From an uncultured virus (IMG/VR IMGVR_UViG_3300008107_000141) (taxonomy: Duplodnaviria; Heunggongvirae; Uroviricota; Caudoviricetes), in the IMG/VR virus record IMGVR_UViG_3300008107_000141: DNA of 20,000 nucleotides. One strand, written 5' to 3'. Positions 15,405 to 20,000 of the stretch are shown in pieces (the stretch's first letter is position 1; each line of letters starts with the position of its first letter). The position numbers were made by a program, and so were the translations under genes. Under the pieces are notes generated by a model. It searched no databases and was not told where the DNA came from. It saw only the letters and a list, made by a program, of their open reading frames with translations.

Positions 15405-16139
15405 TTATGCGTTGGCTTTGTCAAGTCTGCGGTATTCAGGCACATGTTCCTCATCTAGGTATGCCTTGTGAATCTCACATTCTGATACTGCATCAAGGTC
15501 AGCCTCACCTAGATAGTTACACTCATTACAAATCTCACCACAGTCGTTATCGCAATACTCCATGCAGTCAGTTGCATCACAATCTCTACACTGTGACTCA
15601 TAGTGTTGTTCTCTGATTGTGGCACCACCCATAATCTGCATATCCCCACCCCACCCTGTTTCTTCTTGGTAGAACAGATGAAAGACTAAATCAGGATACT
15701 GCTCTGATAGGGCAAGCACCGCAGGAATCGGAGGGGACCAAGCAGTATTGAAACCATAAATAACTGACTTATTACCCTGCTCCATAGTAGTTTCAGGATA
15801 CTGCTCTTTATCATGAACAGCAACATCCCATTTGGTTCCCCAGTTACGAACATTCCAGTCATACCAGTTGTTACCTTGAAAATCTATAATAGAATCATCA
15901 TGGTTAGGGTCTTTCTGTAAAGCATAGGTTTCTAGGTCTGTAGGTTTGACAATGTTCCAGAATGCAAAGACAGGATTGGAATACTCAACATCTAACAATT
16001 CCATTTGCTGTGTATCAGAGTTCCATTGGTCATGCTGTCGTTGAAATGGTTGATTGACTTGAGAAACTAGTTTAGTAATCTGACTAGGGTCAGTCTCTAC
16101 TGCTTCTATTGCTAACGAGTTATATACCCAGTTTGGCAT
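15405..16139 (-). CDS. YubB/DUF1281-like ferredoxin-fold protein with Cys-rich tail
   Basis: MPNWVYN, WYDWNVRNWGTKWD and FNTAWSPP; C-terminal CxxC cluster. Confidence 0.8.
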   Translation of the reverse strand: MPNWVYNSLAIEAVETDPSQITKLVSQVNQPFQRQHDQWNSDTQQMELLDVEYSNPVFAFWNIVKPTDLETYALQKDPNHDDSIIDFQGNNWYDWNVRNWGTKWDVAVHDKEQYPETTMEQGNKSVIYGFNTAWSPPIPAVLALSEQYPDLVFHLFYQEETGWGGDMQIMGGATIREQHYESQCRDCDATDCMEYCDNDCGEICNECNYLGEADLDAVSECEIHKAYLDEEHVPEYRRLDKANA

Positions 16140-16207
16140 GTGGGGTCCTTTCTAGTGGTCGTAATCCAATTCTAGCAGAATCGGGAAAATAAATCAAACC
16201 TTCTTAA

Positions 16208-16223
16208 TGTGATTTCGGTCACA
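16208..16223. promoter_or_regulatory. CRP/GlxR-type site
   Basis: Perfect TGTGA-TTTCGG-TCACA just upstream of a minus-strand TTGATT-17-TAGAAT promoter. Confidence 0.6.
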
Positions 16224-16238
16224 CTTTTAGATCTAGGC

Positions 16239-16517
16239 CTATGGCTGTTTGCTTCTTCGGTCAGAGATTGCAAAGGCCAGGGCATATGTTAAACCATATA
16301 CATGAGACAGGGCGTCACACTGTCCCTCCCAGTACTTGCGCTCCATAGATTCCATGGCGTCGCTATAGTCATTCTCTTCTTCAATGCGTTGGGCCTCAAT
16401 CAGTTCCTGTTCAGCCTCATACATAAGGTTCTTCAGTTCACCATGCAGGATGTCAGTGCCTGATTCCCCTAGGTCGATTAGTTTCTGCAGTCTTGGTTCT
16501 AGTTGTGTTGTATTCAT
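16239..16517 (-). CDS. Hypothetical phage protein
   Basis: 92 aa, helical; TAATG coupling. Confidence 0.75.
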   Translation of the reverse strand: MNTTQLEPRLQKLIDLGESGTDILHGELKNLMYEAEQELIEAQRIEEENDYSDAMESMERKYWEGQCDALSHVYGLTYALAFAISDRRSKQP

Positions 16518-16738
16518 TATCCCAGTATATCCTCTACCACTGACAAAATATGGCGGGCAGAAAGAAGTTGTCCACTCATATGATTATACTCAAAGTCCAA
16601 CTCATTAAAATCCTTAGAGGCAGGGTCAAGTGCTTCCATTTCAGTAGAGATTTGTTCTAAGTCCTGCTCTAGACTGATGATATGTATCTTTATATATTCT
16701 TTTATATGATTAGTTCTATTGATATATTCTGATTCCAT
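16517..16738 (-). CDS. Hypothetical coiled-coil protein
   Basis: 73 aa; TAATG coupling at both ends. Confidence 0.72.
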   Translation of the reverse strand: MESEYINRTNHIKEYIKIHIISLEQDLEQISTEMEALDPASKDFNELDFEYNHMSGQLLSARHILSVVEDILG

Positions 16739-16899
16739 TATTCCCCCCAGTATTTCATGATAGTATTCATAGTGTTGTGTAGATAGCAGTCACAGGGCTC
16801 TCCACCCATGTTTTCCTCAAATTCAAAGTGTGATAGGTTGTCCTCATAAATAGCCATTACGAGTTCGTTTATGGTGTATGGTTTGTATGTTTGGGTCAT
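16738..16899 (-). CDS. Small hypothetical protein, 53 aa (MTQTYKPYTINELV...CDC.LH)
   Basis: Hand translation; TTGACA-17-CATAAT-N6-ATG. Confidence 0.7.
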   Translation of the reverse strand: MTQTYKPYTINELVMAIYEDNLSHFEFEENMGGEPCDCYLHNTMNTIMKYWGE

Positions 16900-17056
16900 G
16901 TATTAATTATGGCAGACAATCAGGGAAATGTCAACTCTATCGTAATTGTTTTTGGTTTTGATATTTTTGGGGATCTATTTCGTTCTTCGTAATTTAATTT
17001 AAGATTGATATTTTTATGTCCGAAATGTCCGAATCCCCACGTCCCGATTTTCTTTG

Positions 17057-17132
17057 CGATTCCGATGGGATTTGAACCCACGATCTCTACAGTGACAGTG
17101 TAGCGATTTAAACCAGACTAATCTACGGAACC
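17057..17132 (-). tRNA. tRNA-Asp(GUC)
   Basis: Acceptor GGTTCCG/CGGAATC, anticodon arm CTACA-CTGTCAC-TGTAG, T-loop TTCAAAT. Confidence 0.95.
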
Positions 17133-17138
17133 AATTGG

Positions 17139-17166
17139 TGAGCAGTTTTTATTCTTGCTCAGGAAT
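17139..17166 (-). ncRNA. Pseudoknot motif copy A
   Basis: ATTC-CT-GAGCA-A-GAAT-AAAAAC-TGCTC. Confidence 0.65.
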
Positions 17167-17173
17167 TTTTTAT

Positions 17174-18190
17174 TTATGCAATCTGCATTACATTTTGCAC
17201 AACTTTTAGCAAACGATTTTTTTCTGCATTGATAGCAGGGTCAAATCCGCTTGCTGCTGCAAAGATAGATTCGTTAGAACCACCTCTTGCGGAGCGATAC
17301 CAATCAAGGCGTTCAGTAAGCGCATTGAAAGCACCCCAAGCATTACCAGCAATCATACCATTGAATTCGCCAGTATAGATGTCATTGATAACATCAACCT
17401 TGTTTTCCCACTTCTTGAAAGCACCCTTAGAATCTTTTTCAGGCTTAGGGTAAGCAGCGAGAATAATATCATTGAAAGATTTGGCATTGACTTCTTTCTC
17501 AATCATAGCCTTAGCCATCAAATCAAATTCGTCCATATAAGCATTAGCAAGACCAAGAGTTTCACGAGCAATCTGCACTTTACCATTGGCAGTTTGTGTA
17601 TGACGAATCTTGAAAGATTGCTTGATACCATTCTTTTTCTTGCGACCACCTAGTGCAAGATTGAGAGTGTTAGCGCATACAACACGAACAGGTGTTATGC
17701 TTGCTTGAATAGCGATTGAGCCATCGTGTGATGTGTTGATAAGCAAATAAGTTTTTACCTTATCTGCAACACCGCTAGGGTCTAGAACAGTTTCACGCTC
17801 TAGTGCAAGTGAGCCGAATACAACACGACCACCCTTGATTGAGCCAGCAGTTTCCCAACGACCTCCGCCATCAAGAATATTATCACCGAATGAAAATAGG
17901 TCTTCATTCTGTAATGGGTGATAGCGTTCGCCAACAATACCGAGAATATCGGTTTGTGAGTTATCGGTAGGATTGGTACGAATAACATATTGATAAGATT
18001 TATCGCTTGTAAGATGTGATGGGGTTTCCAAATCTTCTAAACGAACATTCCAGTTATTTAGATTTGCAGCCTCTAACATTTCTGCAGTTGTTTTTTCTTC
18101 TGTAAATACAGTTCCTAAATTGTGCCAAGCAGGTTCTCTGAATGACGCAAAAGAAACTTTGCCATTTTGTGATTCTAAATCGTGAGCCAC
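17174..18190 (-). CDS. DUF932 family phage/plasmid protein (TIGR03299-like)
   Basis: REPAWHNLG, ETAGSIKGGRVVF and YLLINTSHDGS..ITPVRVVCANTL, IRHT; GTG start with AGGAG SD. Confidence 0.9.
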   Translation of the reverse strand: MAHDLESQNGKVSFASFREPAWHNLGTVFTEEKTTAEMLEAANLNNWNVRLEDLETPSHLTSDKSYQYVIRTNPTDNSQTDILGIVGERYHPLQNEDLFSFGDNILDGGGRWETAGSIKGGRVVFGSLALERETVLDPSGVADKVKTYLLINTSHDGSIAIQASITPVRVVCANTLNLALGGRKKKNGIKQSFKIRHTQTANGKVQIARETLGLANAYMDEFDLMAKAMIEKEVNAKSFNDIILAAYPKPEKDSKGAFKKWENKVDVINDIYTGEFNGMIAGNAWGAFNALTERLDWYRSARGGSNESIFAAASGFDPAINAEKNRLLKVVQNVMQIA

Positions 18191-18292
18191 AGTTTTCTCC
18201 TTTTTGTTTGTTGATATTTCAAGTATAGCAGTCTAGTCTGACAAATGCAAATCTGGATAATTAGATAAGGGATAAATCGGACATCTCGTAAA

Positions 18293-18331
18293 TGTGAGCA
18301 AATTCACACCTGTGGATAACCCTGTGGATAA
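18293..18331. promoter_or_regulatory. CRP/GlxR-type site abutting two DnaA boxes
   Basis: TGTGA-GCAAAT-TCACA (18293-18308); TGTGGATAA at 18311-18319 and 18323-18331. Confidence 0.7.
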
Positions 18332-18351
18332 CGGCACGGGGGGTTGAGGTG

Positions 18352-18393
18352 GAGCAGTTTAGACACTAAAGGATTTCCTCCATACTCAGGTGT
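18352..18393 (-). ncRNA. Pseudoknot motif copy D (with inserted hairpin)
   Basis: ACAC-CT-GAGTA-T-[GGAGGAAATCCTTTA]-GTGT-CTAAAC-TGCTC. Confidence 0.55.
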
Positions 18394-18500
18394 TAGGGAG
18401 TGCCAGGGGACTTTCGCAACAAGATCAATGCAATCTCGGGCTTTGCATCGCAGGTTGCCTTGAACGCAGGCTTCCACCCAATTCTATTTAGTTTTATTGG

Positions 18501-18528
18501 TGAGCAGTTTTATTTCTTGCTCAGGAAA
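18501..18528 (-). ncRNA. Pseudoknot motif copy B
   Basis: TTTC-CT-GAGCA-A-GAAA-TAAAAC-TGCTC. Confidence 0.65.
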
Positions 18529-18534
18529 GTTTTA

Positions 18535-18954
18535 TTACAAGTATCTAGCGATAGCGTTGTAAGTAGAAGTAGAAACTACTTCCTCATCTGTCATCTTGAG
18601 AATACGAATTGCGTTCTCAATTTCCTCTACCATTTCCTTATACTGCCAATCGTGGTAAGTATCAAAATCCTTTTCAGGTTCTTGTGGTAGTTCAATACTT
18701 CCAGCAGGTAGAGTGAAAGATACTGAGATTTCTCCGTTGTATCTCTTATGAGAAGACAAGTCTGTTGCTTTAGCAATCTTGTCAAGTGCTAACTTAGCAA
18801 TTTCCTTGTTGTATTTTTCTTGTGCCTTTGAGAACTTCTCCTCATTGACTTTTTGGTTAGCCTTATCCTTTTGGAGTTGGGCTAGTTTTGTTTCAAGTGC
18901 CTTGATTACCTTAGTGGTGGCAATCTTGACATTTATGGCTTTGCCTCTTGACAT
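18535..18954 (-). CDS. Hypothetical phage protein
   Basis: 139 aa, GAAAGGA SD, own TGC-TAGACT promoter. Confidence 0.8.
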   Translation of the reverse strand: MSRGKAINVKIATTKVIKALETKLAQLQKDKANQKVNEEKFSKAQEKYNKEIAKLALDKIAKATDLSSHKRYNGEISVSFTLPAGSIELPQEPEKDFDTYHDWQYKEMVEEIENAIRILKMTDEEVVSTSTYNAIARYL

Positions 18955-19017
18955 TGGGTCTGTCCTTTCATTAGTGGGGTGTATCTAGTCTAGCATTTCT
19001 ATGCTAGAAAATCAAGT

Positions 19018-19050
19018 TGAGCAGTTTATCCTTCTCATACTCAGGAGAGG
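19018..19050 (-). ncRNA. Pseudoknot motif copy C
   Basis: CCTCTC-CT-GAGTA-T-GAGAAGG-ATAAAC-TGCTC. Confidence 0.62.
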
Positions 19051-19068
19051 TTAGCGTTATTGCTAAGA

Positions 19069-19233
19069 TTACTTTGCTGTCCAAGTGGTATAGCGTGACT
19101 TACCATTGACATCAAGTTTCACACGAACATTACCATTGGCTTGTGGTGTAATCTCTGTGATTACTCCTGTGACCTTTGACTTCTGTGTGGTGTAGGTGTC
19201 GCCTACCTTGTAAGTTGCGGTTGCTACTGACAT
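19069..19233 (-). CDS. Small beta-rich (SH3/KOW-like) protein, 54 aa
   Basis: MSVATATYKVGDTYTTQKSKVTGVITEITPQANGNVRVKLDVNGKSRYTTWTAK; AGAAAGG SD. Confidence 0.75.
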   Translation of the reverse strand: MSVATATYKVGDTYTTQKSKVTGVITEITPQANGNVRVKLDVNGKSRYTTWTAK

Positions 19234-19397
19234 TGTGTTGCCTTTCTGTTAGAACGGCGAGAGCCATTTGCCAAGACAAGACTAACTCTAGTAACACTGT
19301 TAGACATTGGTGCGAAACTTGCGATACGACCTGTAACGCCTGTCTTGCTGGTGGTGAATAGGTCACCAATCTGATAAGTGTATCCTCCGAGGGTCAT
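19224..19397 (-). CDS. Paralog of 19069-19233, 57 aa, C-terminus possibly altered
   Basis: MTLGGYTYQIGDLFTTSKTGVTGRIASFAPMSNSVTRVSLVLANGSRR...; GAAAGGA SD. Confidence 0.7.
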   Translation of the reverse strand: MTLGGYTYQIGDLFTTSKTGVTGRIASFAPMSNSVTRVSLVLANGSRRSNRKATQCQ

Positions 19398-19557
19398 TGT
19401 GTTTCCTTTCGTTGTGGGGTTATTGCTTATAGTATAAGTCTAGCAGAAAAATGTCAAAAATACAATTCAGCGGGGATCTGCGGGGGGATTTATAAAGTGT
19501 TTATAATCACATTATAATGACTTGACAAACCAAAGATTTTGCCCCCGTGCCGCCCTT

Positions 19558-19620
19558 TCACTGATATAAAAAGAAAATAAATAAAAATAACATTAGCAAT
19601 ACAATTTGTTTGGTATCCAT
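19558..19620 (-). CDS. Possible 20 aa hydrophobic peptide (MDTKQIVLLMLFLFIFFLYQ)
   Basis: Short ORF starting 5 nt after the GP88-like stop; weak support. Confidence 0.3.
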   Translation of the reverse strand: MDTKQIVLLMLFLFIFFLYQ

Positions 19621-19625
19621 TTATC

Positions 19626-20000
19626 TCATTTCTTACTCGCAGAGAAAATTATGTCGCTCTTAGAGTATACACAAAGTGAGCACGAAACGCAAGCCGAGCC
19701 CTTAGTTGAGATTAGTGGAATTTGTTTTGCATTTTCAGGACACTTAGCAGCAGGTCTTCCAATCATTTCTTTTACATCTGCTTTACCAGTTGCAAAGTTT
19801 TGTGCAAGGTATGCCATGCGTACACCATGATTTAGTTTTAGGTCTACAGCGGTTTTGACATTCTCGCTATCTGCAGAATAGTATAGAGACAAATTATCCA
19901 TACCCTTGAGAATTAGGGCAGCAGATTTCACTCTAGTGTATACCCAGAATTGAACATCAGGATTATTTAGGATGACATGCTTCCAGGCCCTTGCGTATTC
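19626..20000 (-). CDS. GP88-like phage protein, C-terminal part (partial)
   Basis: Frame is open to the window end: EYARAWKHVILNNPDVQFWVYTR...LSLYYSAD...CP...CVSCSLC. Confidence 0.75.
   Translation of the reverse strand, partial: EYARAWKHVILNNPDVQFWVYTRVKSAALILKGMDNLSLYYSADSENVKTAVDLKLNHGVRMAYLAQNFATGKADVKEMIGRPAAKCPENAKQIPLISTKGSACVSCSLCVYSKSDIIFSASKK

Noticed and set aside
17000..17056. Theta/HDV-like ribozyme after a tRNA 3' end
   Set aside because: I could not build the nested double pseudoknot downstream of any tRNA here.
17139..19050. CRISPR array, or classic terminators, as an explanation for the GAGCAGTTT repeats
   Set aside because: Copies are irregularly spaced and separated by genes, with variable interiors, and they lack U-tracts.
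11405..19830. Further shadow ORFs (11405, 11628, 13644, 14076, 14675, 14794, 14916, 15380, 16384, 17800, 18400, 18779, 19130, 19176, 19606)
   Set aside because: They overlap better-supported ORFs. Region 19069-19397 is better explained by two short ORFs with SD sequences.

Overview
This is a gene-dense, AT-rich fragment, almost certainly from a large dsDNA tailed phage. It has no structural genes, many small ORFs, tRNA genes without encoded CCA, and DUF932, GP88-like and YubB-like early genes. The host is inferred to be an actinobacterium from the actinobacterial-type AhpC/AhpD, an MSMEG_6728-family glycosylase, pervasive leaderless sigma-70 promoters and Crp/GlxR boxes. The left part (1-12.4 kb) is an auxiliary-metabolism region. 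It holds a peroxide-defence cluster (thioredoxin, truncated AhpD, AhpC, two glutathione peroxidases), seven 2OG-Fe(II) oxygenase/cupin genes, an APS-kinase/nucleotidyltransferase fusion, CDGSH, HAD phosphatase and pyrimidine-dimer glycosylase genes, many micro-ORFs, tRNA-Thr, tRNA-Arg and a chimeric pseudo-tRNA. The middle (12.6-14.05 kb) is coding-poor, with perfect DnaA boxes and short repeats. The right part (14-20 kb) is a visibly GC-richer set of minus-strand early-type modules with tRNA-Asp. The most notable observations are four copies of a covarying H-type pseudoknot motif (three just after stop codons), a structured leader before ahpC, an RBS-sequestering hairpin with an internal promoter before gpx, host DnaA and CRP sites, and several sharp deletion/fusion scars. 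All calls were made by eye; no database searches were run.
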